Shown one piece after another: positions 50,329 through 59,872 of a DNA stretch of 64,000 bases. The stretch is from the NCBI GenBank assembly GCA_965214025.1, contig CBDCAW010000008.1, positions 4,434 to 68,433 of the forward strand, read 5' to 3'. The translations under genes and the position numbers were made by a program. The stretch's first letter is position 1. The number at the start of each line of letters is the position of its first letter. The notes below the pieces were generated by a model that saw nothing but the letters and a program-made list of their open reading frames with translations, had not been told where the DNA came from and searched no databases. The stretch comes from Granulosicoccaceae bacterium. Lineage in GTDB: Bacteria > Pseudomonadota > Gammaproteobacteria > Granulosicoccales > Granulosicoccaceae.

Positions 50329-50357
50329 GTGACGTGGCGGTTTAAGGCATGTGTCAG
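50329..50357 (-). promoter_or_regulatory. putative Pho box upstream of phnC
   Basis: Minus strand CTGACAC-atgc-CTTAAAC-cgcc-ACGTCAC: three CTGTCAY-like half-sites at an 11-bp period. A further CTGTCAT lies at 50302-50308. Confidence 0.5.
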
Positions 50358-50516
50358 GGGTGTGAAGGAAGAATCGAAAACGGACGAAAGCAGTTATCGG
50401 TAGCGACCTACCCGGCTGGCGGAGGGGTGAGGCCGCACCCGCTCATGCCGTATCGCGCAGCCACTTCACGATTCCGCAGCCGGGTTCCCGGGACGCCGAT
50501 CTTCAGGCTATCGGCC

Positions 50517-51380
50517 TCAGGGGCGCAACGCCGGTGTCGAGCCGTCCAGTGTCAACAGCGGGCCGTAGGCGTCGGGTCGACGGTCCCGGAAGACACCCCA
50601 GTTCGCTCGCATCTCGCGGATCGCCTCTATGTCAAAGCTCGCCGTGATGAAACTGTCGCTCACCTGGTCCGCCTCGGCCACGATCTCCCCCTGTGGGCCT
50701 GTGACAAAGGCACGACCCCAGAATGTCGTCTCGCCGAATTCGCCCGCTTCGGTGCCGACACGGTTGGAGGCGACGAGCGGTGTCAGGTTGGCACCCGCAT
50801 GCCCCTGCATGACGCGCTGCCAGTGGTCGTGACAGTCGCTGCCGATACCGGTGGGGTAGAACAGCACATCGGCACCCTTCAGACACATGATACGCGCGGC
50901 CTCCGGAAACCACTGATCCCAGCAGACACCGACGCCAATCCGGCCGTAGGCGGTGTCCCAGACTTGAAATCCCGTGTCACCTGGACTCGTATAGACCTTT
51001 TCGAAGCAGCCCGGTGGGCCGTTGGGTATGTGCGCCTTGCGGTAGATACCCAGCAGAGTACCGTCGGCATCGACTGTAGCGACAGTGTTGTAGTACGCGT
51101 TGTTCGCCCGCTCGAAGAAATTGACCGGGATGACGACGCCGAGCTCTTTGGCAAGCCTCGCCATATGGCTGACCGTCGGCCCGTCGACGGGCTCGGCGTA
51201 GGAGAAACATTCGCTCTTCCAGTCCATGAAGGCGAAGAAGTGCATTGCGAACATTTCCTGCGGCAGGATTATCTGTGCGCCCGCCGCAGCCGCGGCGCGG
51301 ACCAGACCGGTGATCTTCTCAAGGTTCTCCTCTCGCTCCCAGCTACAGCTCATCTGGGTGGCGGCGACGGTGACGGTCAT
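50517..51380 (-). CDS. carbon-nitrogen hydrolase, N-carbamoylputrescine amidase (AguB)-like
   Basis: Triad PQEMF / YRKAHIP / VCWDQWFPE, plus HWQRVMQGHAGAN..P.VASNR.G. Confidence 0.88.
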   Translation of the reverse strand: MTVTVAATQMSCSWEREENLEKITGLVRAAAAAGAQIILPQEMFAMHFFAFMDWKSECFSYAEPVDGPTVSHMARLAKELGVVIPVNFFERANNAYYNTVATVDADGTLLGIYRKAHIPNGPPGCFEKVYTSPGDTGFQVWDTAYGRIGVGVCWDQWFPEAARIMCLKGADVLFYPTGIGSDCHDHWQRVMQGHAGANLTPLVASNRVGTEAGEFGETTFWGRAFVTGPQGEIVAEADQVSDSFITASFDIEAIREMRANWGVFRDRRPDAYGPLLTLDGSTPALRP

Positions 51381-51382
51381 GG

Positions 51383-52729
51383 TCAGGATGCTCCGGTGGC
51401 GATGGCCGTGTGGCCGAATGAAGTCGGTTGAGCAGCAACGCTTGCGATGCACTCCAACAGAGTGCCGGACAGCCGCTCGATCTCGGCGGGTGATACGATC
51501 AATGGCGGGCTGATCGCGAGGGTATCGCCGATGACGCGGAACAGCACACCACGACGGCGCGCCTCCTCGCCGACTGCGCGCCCGAAGGCACCCACCTCGC
51601 CGAAGCGTCCATCGAGCTCGACCCCTGCGATGAGCCCGACCTGACGGACGTCATCCACGCCCTCCAGTGCACGGATCGGCTCGAGCCCGGTGGCAAGCTG
51701 CGCGCCAAGCCGCTGCACATGGTGCGGAAGGTTCAGCTCTTCGTAGACGCGCAACGCCTCGAGCGCGACTGCTGCCCCGACCGGATGCCCGCCGTAGGTG
51801 TAGCCATGGCCGAAGGTGCCCAGCTCGTGTGCATGAGTGGCGATGACATCGTGCACACGGTCCGCGACCGCGAGCGCGGAGATCGGAAAATGCGCGCCCG
51901 ACAGTTGCTTGGCGAGCGTCATCATGTCCGGCTCGATAGCATAGGTCTCGGCGCCGAACCATTCGCCGGTACGCCCGAACCCGGTGATGATCTCATCGGC
52001 GATCAAGAGTATGTCGTGACGGCGCAACACGTTGGAAATAGCTGCCCAGTAGCCCTCGGGCGGCAACATGACACCACCGGAGCCGATCACCGGCTCACCG
52101 ATGAAGGCGGCAACGGTGTCCGGCCCTGCCGCGATGATCAGTTCGTCGAGTTCGCGCGCCCGGCGTTGCGAGAAGTCCCGCTCGCTCTCGCCGGGTTCCG
52201 CGTCGCGCAGGTAATGAGGGCGGCCCGTACGCAACACCGAAGCTTCGGGCAGGTCGAACCCATCATGGCAATAGGCCATCGACGTCAGCGAGCCGCTCAT
52301 GATACCCGAGCCGTGGTAGCCACCCTCGCGGGCGATGACGCGCTTCTTTCGGGGCTTGCCACGTGCGTTCTGGTAGAAACGTGCAAGCTTGACGGCGCTG
52401 TCGACCGCATCCGATCCCGTGCAGCCGAAAAAGACGTGAGAAAGCGGTGCGGGCAACCGCGAGACAAGGCACTCGGCCAGCTGCTCGGCGACCTCGCTCG
52501 TTCTGCCCATGAAGCTGTGATAGTAGGCGAGCGTGTTCAACTGCGCGCTCGCCGCGGCAACTAGACGCGCGTTGCTGAAGCCGAGCGAGGCGCACCACAG
52601 CCCTGCGACCGCATCGAGATACGTGTTGCCGTCGGAGTCGGTCACCTGGCAACCGCTGCCCGAAACCATGCGCATGGGTGGCGAACGTGCCGCGTCAACG
52701 GGGTCGGTGAACGGATAGAGTTGCGCCAT
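51383..52729 (-). CDS. class-III PLP aminotransferase (omega-amine/SpuC-like)
   Basis: LDAVAGLWC..LG, GYHG, FIGEPV.GSGG, DEIITGFGRTG, AKQLS (Schiff-base Lys), HGYTYGGHP. Confidence 0.92.
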   Translation of the reverse strand: MAQLYPFTDPVDAARSPPMRMVSGSGCQVTDSDGNTYLDAVAGLWCASLGFSNARLVAAASAQLNTLAYYHSFMGRTSEVAEQLAECLVSRLPAPLSHVFFGCTGSDAVDSAVKLARFYQNARGKPRKKRVIAREGGYHGSGIMSGSLTSMAYCHDGFDLPEASVLRTGRPHYLRDAEPGESERDFSQRRARELDELIIAAGPDTVAAFIGEPVIGSGGVMLPPEGYWAAISNVLRRHDILLIADEIITGFGRTGEWFGAETYAIEPDMMTLAKQLSGAHFPISALAVADRVHDVIATHAHELGTFGHGYTYGGHPVGAAVALEALRVYEELNLPHHVQRLGAQLATGLEPIRALEGVDDVRQVGLIAGVELDGRFGEVGAFGRAVGEEARRRGVLFRVIGDTLAISPPLIVSPAEIERLSGTLLECIASVAAQPTSFGHTAIATGAS

Positions 52730-52839
52730 GAGGGAATCTCCGATTCAGGATGGAGCTGTGCCACAGCGGATGACGAACGGCAATGCCAGCGATTGTGATC
52801 GCCAAGCGGTGCGGGCGCAATAGCAACAGGGCACCGCGC

Positions 52840-53547
52840 TCAACTACCCGCAAATGCCCGCACATCAACCACGCTATCGGCGATGGCATCACGCACCGGC
52901 GCATCATGGCAGATCGCCAGCAAGGCCGTGCCGGCCTGCTTCTTCTCCCTGATGAGCTCCATCACCACTTCACCGTTTCGCACATCGAGCGAGGCGGTGG
53001 GCTCGTCGAGCAGCAACGCCGGGTAGGGTGAAATGAAACCGCGAGCTATATTCACGCGCTGTTGCTCGCCACCGGAGAAAGTGGCAGGTGGCAGCGCCCA
53101 CAGAGCGGCTGGCAGATTCAGTCGCTCCAGCAAGGCCGCTGCCCGTTCGCGTGCCAGGCCTGCATCGATACCCTGCCCCAACAATGGCTCTGCCACGATG
53201 TCCAGCGCTGCAACACGTGGCACCGCGCGCAGGAACTGGCTGACATAGCCGAGGGTGCGCTTGCGAACCGCCAACACGGTGCGTGGGCCGGCACTCACGA
53301 GATTCACCCATTGCCCGTCATGGCAGATACGTATCTCGCCACCGGTGGTGTGGTAGTTGCCATAGACCATCTTCAGCAGCGAGCTCTTGCCACTGCCGGA
53401 GTCCCCGTCGAGCACGGCACACTCACCGCGGCTCACGGTAAAGCTGGCATTCCTGATCACGGGCAACACCACGCCTTCCCGCAGGTGCAGCGTGAACTGC
53501 TTGCTGACCGAATCGACATCGATCATGAATTCAGTGTCTCCGTTCAT
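52840..53547 (-). CDS. phnL: C-P lyase system ATPase PhnL
   Basis: KQFTLHL, GSGKSSLLKMVYGNY, VSQFLRAVPR, PATFSGGEQQRVNIARG. Confidence 0.95.
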   Translation of the reverse strand: MNGDTEFMIDVDSVSKQFTLHLREGVVLPVIRNASFTVSRGECAVLDGDSGSGKSSLLKMVYGNYHTTGGEIRICHDGQWVNLVSAGPRTVLAVRKRTLGYVSQFLRAVPRVAALDIVAEPLLGQGIDAGLARERAAALLERLNLPAALWALPPATFSGGEQQRVNIARGFISPYPALLLDEPTASLDVRNGEVVMELIREKKQAGTALLAICHDAPVRDAIADSVVDVRAFAGS

Positions 53548-53559
53548 CGTGCGCGTCGA

Positions 53560-54411
53560 TCAGGCCGACAGGATCGAAGACACCAGCAATTGCGTGTACG
53601 GTGCCTGCGGGTCGTCGAGGATGCGGTCTGTCAAGCCCTGTTCGATGACCTCCCCGTTCTTCATGACCATCATCCGGTGCGAAAGCAGGCGGGCGACGGC
53701 AAGATCGTGTGTAACCACGATGACCGCCACACCCAGATCGTTCACCAGCTGCCTGAGCAGGTCGAGCAACCGTGCCTGTACCGACACATCCAGACCACCG
53801 GTGGGTTCGTCCATGAAGATGAGCCGTGGGGAGGTCACCAGATTGCGCGCGATCTGCAACCGTTGACGCATGCCGCCGGAAAAGGTGCGGGGCAGATCAT
53901 CGATTCGATCAGCGTCGATCTCGACGCGTGCCAGCCAGTGTTCGGCCGTTTCTCGAATACGCCCGTAGTGCCGATCGCCCACGGCCATCAGGCGCTCACC
54001 CACATTGGCACCGGCCGATACGTTCATGCGCAGGCCGTCTGCCGCATTCTGGTGTACGAACCCCCACTCGGTGCGCATGATCCGGCGCCGCTGCGCTTCG
54101 GATACGGTGGCCAGATTACACCACCGACCCTCATGCAACCGGTAGTGGACACTGCCATGCGACGGCTCCAGCTGCCGGGATACGCCATTGAGCAAGGTAG
54201 TCTTGCCCGAGCCCGATTCACCGACGACGGCAAGCACTTCACCGGGCCAGAGATCGAAGCTCACACCGTGACAGCCTATTCGGTTGCCATACCGACGCCC
54301 CAGTTCACTGACCTGAAGCAGCGGCTCTTCGTCGTTCGGCACCGACCATGCGGTCGTTACTGCAACCGACCGCACGGCATTCGTTGCCGGTGAGATGCCT
54401 GCATTTCTCAT
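53560..54411 (-). CDS. phnK: C-P lyase system ATPase PhnK
   Basis: GESGSGKTT, RTEWGFVHQ, FSGGMRQRLQIARNL, DEPTGGLDVSVQARLLD, LDDPQ.PYTQLLVSS. Confidence 0.96.
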   Translation of the reverse strand: MRNAGISPATNAVRSVAVTTAWSVPNDEEPLLQVSELGRRYGNRIGCHGVSFDLWPGEVLAVVGESGSGKTTLLNGVSRQLEPSHGSVHYRLHEGRWCNLATVSEAQRRRIMRTEWGFVHQNAADGLRMNVSAGANVGERLMAVGDRHYGRIRETAEHWLARVEIDADRIDDLPRTFSGGMRQRLQIARNLVTSPRLIFMDEPTGGLDVSVQARLLDLLRQLVNDLGVAVIVVTHDLAVARLLSHRMMVMKNGEVIEQGLTDRILDDPQAPYTQLLVSSILSA

Positions 54412-55313
54412 GAAGATGCTGCCTGCACTGACGTGCTGGTCGCGCTCGTTTCGCCAGCCTCACGCCGAGTCTCGCAGTAGTCCGTATCGGAGCACACATG
54501 CATGCGCCCACCCTGATCATCGAGTACCACTTCATCCAGGTACACACCGGTGGCGCCACACAGTGCACACGGGTGTGTGAACTGCTGGACCGAGAAAGGA
54601 TGGTCGTCGAAGTCGAGGCTCACCACATCGGTGTGCGGTGGAATTGCATAGATGCGATTCTCGCGCCCGGCGCCGTACAGTTGCAGCGCCTCGCAGCGGT
54701 GCATCTTGGGGTTGTCGAACTTCGGTGTCGGTGAGGGATCCATCACGTAGCGCTCGGCGACCTTCACCGGGTACGCGTAGGTGGTCGCGATGTGGCCGTG
54801 GCGAGCGATGTCTTCATACAGCTTTACCTGCATGAGCCCGTACTCTTCGAGTGCGTGCAGGGTGCGGGTTTCGGTTTCTCTGGGCTCGAGGAAACGCAGC
54901 GGCTCGGGGATCGGCACCTGATACACCAGCACCTGATTCTTCGTCAGTGCTTGTTCGGGAATACGGTGCCGGGTTTGTATCACAGTGGCGGCGCCGGTGG
55001 AGGTCGTGACACCCACACCGGTGACCTTGTGGAAGAACGAGCGAATCGACACGGCATTCGTGGTGTCGTCCGCCCCCTGGTCGATGACCTTCAGCACATC
55101 GTCAGGGCCGATGATCGAGGCGGTGACCTGGATGCCGCCCGTACCCCAGCCGTAGGGCATGGGCATCTCGCGGCTGACAAACGGCACCTGGTAGCCGGGA
55201 ATCGCAATGGCTTTCAGGATGGCCCGGCGTATCATTCGTTTGGTCTGTTCGTCGAGGTAGGCGAAGTTGTAGCCTTCGATGGTTGGGGTGGTTTCATCCC
55301 CGTGCCCACTCAT
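54408..55313 (-). CDS. phnJ: C-P lyase PhnJ (radical SAM)
   Basis: GYNFAYLDEQTKRMIRRAILKA.AIPGYQ (Gly32 equivalent), CALC-x21-C and DYC (Cys272 equivalent) all intact. Confidence 0.98.
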   Translation of the reverse strand: MSGHGDETTPTIEGYNFAYLDEQTKRMIRRAILKAIAIPGYQVPFVSREMPMPYGWGTGGIQVTASIIGPDDVLKVIDQGADDTTNAVSIRSFFHKVTGVGVTTSTGAATVIQTRHRIPEQALTKNQVLVYQVPIPEPLRFLEPRETETRTLHALEEYGLMQVKLYEDIARHGHIATTYAYPVKVAERYVMDPSPTPKFDNPKMHRCEALQLYGAGRENRIYAIPPHTDVVSLDFDDHPFSVQQFTHPCALCGATGVYLDEVVLDDQGGRMHVCSDTDYCETRREAGETSATSTSVQAASS

Positions 55314-56539
55314 GCGCCCTGCTCTCCGCACTTACCCGACCTGCTCGGCTCCTCGATGGCGAGTTGCGACTGTGGACCACGTGATTCACTGCTGGCAGGA
55401 ACAGCCTTGGCCTTCGCGACTTCCTCTCCGGTCGATGGGGTTTCGGTCGGTGTCGCGCCCGCTGCAGTCTGTGCATGCGCCACGCGCAGCTTGCGCAGCA
55501 ACTCCAGCTCCGCCTGAAAGTCCACGTAGTGCGGTAGCTTCAAGTGCTCGACGAAACCGCTGGCCTGCACATTGTCGCAATGCGAGATCACGAACTCTTC
55601 ATCCTGTGCGGGCGCTACCTGATCTTCCTCGAACTCCTTCGAGCGCAGTGACCGATCGACCAGGGCCATGGCCATGGCCTTGCGCTCACTCTGGCCGAAC
55701 ACCAGGCCATAACCACGAGTGAATTGCGGTGCGCGGGTGGTCGAACCCTGGAACTGGTTGATCATCTGGCATTCGGTCACTTGAATGCGGCCGATGGTCA
55801 CGCTGAAACCCAGCTCCGGGACGTCGATCTCGACGTTCACCAGCCCGATGCGAATCTCGCCGGCAAACGGATGGGTGCGGGCATAGCCACGCTGTGTCGA
55901 ATAGCCGAGGCTGAGCAGGAAACCCTCATCGCCGCGCGCCAGTGCCTGCAAGCGTTGCTCACGGGTCAGCGGGTAGCTCAGAGGTTCGCGGGTAAGATCA
56001 CCCGGCGGCTCGGCAGGATCGGGATCGCCATCACCTTCCATCAGGCCCTCAGCCGCCAGCAGGTCGGCCACCCGCACCTGGCTTGTTTCCGGCGCTCGCG
56101 CATCACGCGCCGGCGCTTCAACGGCTTGCCCGCCGGAGTCGAGTTCCGGGTCCAGCAGGCGATGCGTGTAGTCGAAGGTCGGCCCGAGTACCTGCCCGCC
56201 CGGCAGATCCTTGTAGGTGGCCGATACCCGCCGCTCGATGATCATCGCACGGGTATCGATCGGGCGCGAATGGCCGAACCGTGGCAGGGTCGTGCGATAG
56301 GCACGCAGCAGGAAAATCGCCTCGATGGTATCGCCGCGCGCCTGCTTGATGGCCAGAGCTGCCAGTGCCGGGTCGTACAGCGACGCCTCGGCCATCACGC
56401 GTGCCACCCCGAGCGCGAGTTGTTCCGCGATCTGGGTAGAATCGATGGGGGGCAACTCGCGGGCCCCGCGCCGTCGGTCGGCAAGCAGGCGATGTGCGTT
56501 GCGGATGGCTTGCTCACCGCCCTTGACCGCTACGTACAT
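55310..56539 (-). CDS. phnI: C-P lyase complex subunit PhnI
   Basis: MYVAVKGGEQAI, RR.SATYKDLPGGQ.LGPTFDYTHRLLD, HLKLPHYVDFQAEL. Confidence 0.97.
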   Translation of the reverse strand: MYVAVKGGEQAIRNAHRLLADRRRGARELPPIDSTQIAEQLALGVARVMAEASLYDPALAALAIKQARGDTIEAIFLLRAYRTTLPRFGHSRPIDTRAMIIERRVSATYKDLPGGQVLGPTFDYTHRLLDPELDSGGQAVEAPARDARAPETSQVRVADLLAAEGLMEGDGDPDPAEPPGDLTREPLSYPLTREQRLQALARGDEGFLLSLGYSTQRGYARTHPFAGEIRIGLVNVEIDVPELGFSVTIGRIQVTECQMINQFQGSTTRAPQFTRGYGLVFGQSERKAMAMALVDRSLRSKEFEEDQVAPAQDEEFVISHCDNVQASGFVEHLKLPHYVDFQAELELLRKLRVAHAQTAAGATPTETPSTGEEVAKAKAVPASSESRGPQSQLAIEEPSRSGKCGEQGA

Positions 56540-56600
56540 GTGACGCTCAGCCTTGTTCCCATGAAACGCATCGCTCTGTCGGGTTTGTCGCATCGGTGCA

Positions 56601-57215
56601 TCACGGTATCGCCTCGCTGACGACGCGTGTGGTGCGAGGCAGGCAGACAAACTCGTGTTCGCTGAGCAGGATCAGGTCGATGCCGCAGGGGAAGATGGCG
56701 CCGTTCGCTTGCCAGCGAGACAGGAAATCGTCGGGTATCGGGTGGGGTGCGATCATTCGAGTCTCGGCGATACCGGGGCCCGACAATATCAGGGGTGACC
56801 CCCCGTCAAATCCGTCCACCGGTGCCAGCAGCATCGCTGATCGATCGGGGTACTCGTCGCTGCCTTGCGCCAGCGAGGTGAAAGCCGGCCATTCGTCCTG
56901 CAGTGAGACGATGACGAATCGGGCAGCGACGATGTCCGGCACTACCGGGCTGCCGGTGTGGAACCGCAGCCATCGGCCAACCGCGTCGGTATGTCTCAGC
57001 GACTCGGACAACCCGATGGGCGTATCGGCGTCACACAGCGTCAGGGCTACTACAGCACTGACCCTGGGAAGATCTGCCGGCGCCTCCGTATCGATGCTCA
57101 CCTTCTGACGGGTGCCCGGCCGCGACATGCCGCTCATCAGCTGACGAAACGCCACCTGCGCCTGGAACACCGGATCGCGCAGGCCGCCGGCTACTGCCCC
57201 CGCATCGATGCTCAC
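56601..57215 (-). CDS. phnH: C-P lyase complex subunit PhnH
   Basis: AQ..FR.LM..MSRPG, LTLCDADTP, WLRFHTG.P, GSDEYPDRSA, L.GPGI, PRTT. Start (GTG) approximate. Confidence 0.93.
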   Translation of the reverse strand: MSIDAGAVAGGLRDPVFQAQVAFRQLMSGMSRPGTRQKVSIDTEAPADLPRVSAVVALTLCDADTPIGLSESLRHTDAVGRWLRFHTGSPVVPDIVAARFVIVSLQDEWPAFTSLAQGSDEYPDRSAMLLAPVDGFDGGSPLILSGPGIAETRMIAPHPIPDDFLSRWQANGAIFPCGIDLILLSEHEFVCLPRTTRVVSEAIP

Positions 57216-57255
57216 AGGTAGCCGATCCAGACATTGACTGCAGGCAATCGAATCA

Positions 57256-57744
57256 TCAGTCCTCCCCTCGGGCCACGGTGAAGAAATCAACCCGGGTGGC
57301 GGCGGTCTCCTCACTGCGCTGCCGGTCATCAGAGCGCAGGCGATTCTCTACCTGCGCCACCAGTCGATGAGCGGGGCCGGTGAAATCGAATTCTTCCTGC
57401 CAGAGTGCATCGAAGATCGCACCGAGCCTGGCGTGCTGCCGGTCACGCCCCAGCACGTTGGCGATACCGATGGTGCCGGAATCCAGCCTTATCAGCGCCC
57501 GGGTAACGCTGACTTCTCCGAGGTTGAATGGGGAACCACCACCGCCTGCCCGGCCACGCACCATGACGAGCCCGACTTCGGGCTGGCGAATCGCATGAAC
57601 CTCCGGGCGTGCCGGCAGGGCGTGCCAGGCTGCATCCACCTCCGCGCGAGTTGCCTGTGCGAGCACTTCGAGCACATGCCTGTGCCGCGACTCGAACGAA
57701 TCGGAATCAGTACTACCCGAACCCTGGGCGGCGTGTTGCGTCAT
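57256..57744 (-). CDS. phnG: C-P lyase complex subunit PhnG
   Basis: RQPEVGLVMVRGR.GG.G.PFNLGEVSVTR, GRD, TAATRVDFFT..RGED. Confidence 0.96.
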   Translation of the reverse strand: MTQHAAQGSGSTDSDSFESRHRHVLEVLAQATRAEVDAAWHALPARPEVHAIRQPEVGLVMVRGRAGGGGSPFNLGEVSVTRALIRLDSGTIGIANVLGRDRQHARLGAIFDALWQEEFDFTGPAHRLVAQVENRLRSDDRQRSEETAATRVDFFTVARGED

Positions 57745-57814
57745 GGATGCATTGGCAGCAGACGGGGCCTGAAGGAATCATCAGACCGTTACTGCCCAAG
57801 AGTGCCGACGGCCC

Positions 57815-57850
57815 GTGACAACGGATGACAGGATGACAGGATGACAGGAT
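57815..57850 (-). repeat. (GGATGACA)3 SSR forming three CTGTCAT Pho-type half-sites plus TTGTCAC, upstream of phnG
   Basis: atgacag at 57825, 57833 and 57841 (8-bp period). gtgacaa at 57815. Confidence 0.85.
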
Positions 57851-57933
57851 GCTCTCGGCACGGCTGCAAGCCGGCAAGCACCGGCCGGCACGGGTCGGTG
57901 ATTTCGCCTGGCGCATCGACTGCAACCCCGGAT

Positions 57934-59325
57934 CTAGGCGGCTCGCGGTAGGTCGAGAGGAGCGCGCGGCACCACTTCATCGGCGCGATTGGGAAACGTG
58001 AGCGCGAAGCTTGAGCCATCAGACAAGGGTGTGTAGTCAATCGAGCCTTCCATTTCCGATGCGCTTCGCGCGACGAGATACAGGCCCAGTCCACTACCCG
58101 CCGCCAGTGCCGGATGAAACCGCTTGAACATGCCGAAGAGGTCATCGCGTTGCCTTTCAGGGATGCCAGCCCCGTCGTCTCGAACCTCGATCGTGATCTC
58201 GTTCCGTGCGTTTGACCTTGCAAGGATGGTGATGGTCGTTTCCGCCTTGGTCGGATCTCCGTATTTCACAGCATTGGAAACCAAGTTCTGAACGATCTGT
58301 CGAAGCAGGATCGGTTGAGCACCGACCGGTTGGTCGAGTTCCAGATCGGTACGAAGCACGACCCGTTCAAACCCGTCCATATACGACAGTTTCGACACGA
58401 CATCATCGACCAACTCGGCAATGGCGACCAGGTCCGGTTCTTCCTGTGTGCTTTCAGTACGAATGATCGATACCAATTCCTCGATGAAGGTGTCCAGGTT
58501 CGCCATCGCCCTGCGAACGAGTGCGACCACTTCGAGTGAGTCTGCCTTGTCGTCCGCCTGGATTGATTCATCCAGCAAACTGACCAGTCCGCGTGCCGAG
58601 GAAACCGGTGCCTTGATATCGTGTGTGATTCGGTAGCTGAATGCCGTGAGATGTTCATTCGCCCGCTTCAGAGCATCCTGTGCGCTGATCACTTTCGCTA
58701 CAGTTGGACGAAAGCTGAGCAGGTATTCGAGCAAGATGACAAGCAGTCCGAACGCGAGCAAGGCCTTCTCCAAACCACGATACTCGAACAGGCTGGTCGT
58801 GTTGTCGTCCTCCAGTGAGTGGACGACGCGATCCAGTGTATCGAGGAGGCCACCGGTGGCAATGGTGATAACCCGATCGGACGCCTCACCGGAGCGAATC
58901 GCATCGATACCTCCCGCTTCGAATTCTTCGATGAAACGACGGGCAGTGGCCAGATACCCCACTACCTGGTCGTCAACGCTGCCGCTGGCGAGATAGTCAG
59001 TGTACGGCGCTCTACCTTCAGCTGCGTGCTGTGCCCAGAACCCGGACAGCGTCCGATGATAGTCATCCATGCGATCGACGGCCTTGGCCAACTGCTTCGT
59101 CAACGGTGTTGCCGCCTGCTCCGTCTCGGCGCTCTGGACCTGCAGGGTCAGCAACGCAATTCGCTGAGACAGCATGCGCTGCAGGCCACTGGTGTTGATG
59201 AGATACGCGTCATTGGAAACCTCATCGATCCGCGCGTCGGATACCACGTAGTTCACCACCATCACGGACGCCATCAACAACAGGCAGATCCAATGATTTC
59301 GTGAGAGAAGGTGCTGGGTTGTCAT
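57934..59325 (-). CDS. sensor histidine kinase with a NarX/PilJ-like periplasmic domain
   Basis: TM, INTSGLQRMLSQRI, TM, SYRITHDIKAP (H-box), NLVSNAVKY, DDGAGI, GSGLGL. Start uncertain. Confidence 0.9.
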   Translation of the reverse strand: MTTQHLLSRNHWICLLLMASVMVVNYVVSDARIDEVSNDAYLINTSGLQRMLSQRIALLTLQVQSAETEQAATPLTKQLAKAVDRMDDYHRTLSGFWAQHAAEGRAPYTDYLASGSVDDQVVGYLATARRFIEEFEAGGIDAIRSGEASDRVITIATGGLLDTLDRVVHSLEDDNTTSLFEYRGLEKALLAFGLLVILLEYLLSFRPTVAKVISAQDALKRANEHLTAFSYRITHDIKAPVSSARGLVSLLDESIQADDKADSLEVVALVRRAMANLDTFIEELVSIIRTESTQEEPDLVAIAELVDDVVSKLSYMDGFERVVLRTDLELDQPVGAQPILLRQIVQNLVSNAVKYGDPTKAETTITILARSNARNEITIEVRDDGAGIPERQRDDLFGMFKRFHPALAAGSGLGLYLVARSASEMEGSIDYTPLSDGSSFALTFPNRADEVVPRAPLDLPRAA

Positions 59326-59398
59326 TGCGACTGTATCTGTTGCGCGGCCGTGTGATTGATCAGCGTATCGTGCGAGCACGTGTCGCAGAGCGTACGTT

Positions 59399-59872
59399 CT
59401 ATGGATCGATGAGTTTGAGGTGGCTCAAATGCTTACCGTGATCACTACCATCGACGATGCTCAATACACGATTCAGACCTTCCCCGGAAAAGGGCTTTGT
59501 CGCGTAACCACCGACGCGTGCGAACCTTCTGGCCATCTCCATGTCCTTCGGGTCGAGCGACGAGGTCAGCATGACAATCACCGTGTTCAAGTAGATCTGC
59601 GTGAATTGCCTTTTGAGAATGACAAGAAAGTCGAATCCGGACATGATCGGCATACTGATGTCCAGCAGGATGAGGTCGATCGTACGGTCCGGATCGGCAC
59701 CAAGAGTGTCGATGGCATCCTGGCCGCGTGCGAACGCTTGTATCTCGTGGAACCTTGAACAACCGTTGATGAGGCGCCTGTACAACATCAGGTCGACATC
59801 GCTGTCATCGAGCAACAGTGCGCTCAAACTTCTCACTGGCGGATCCGCGTGCTGTCGGGTGTGGCTACTCAT
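59399..59872 (-). CDS. single-domain response regulator
   Basis: LLLDDS, LILLDISMPIMSGFDF, VMLTSS, TKP. Confidence 0.93.
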   Translation of the reverse strand: MSSHTRQHADPPVRSLSALLLDDSDVDLMLYRRLINGCSRFHEIQAFARGQDAIDTLGADPDRTIDLILLDISMPIMSGFDFLVILKRQFTQIYLNTVIVMLTSSLDPKDMEMARRFARVGGYATKPFSGEGLNRVLSIVDGSDHGKHLSHLKLIDP

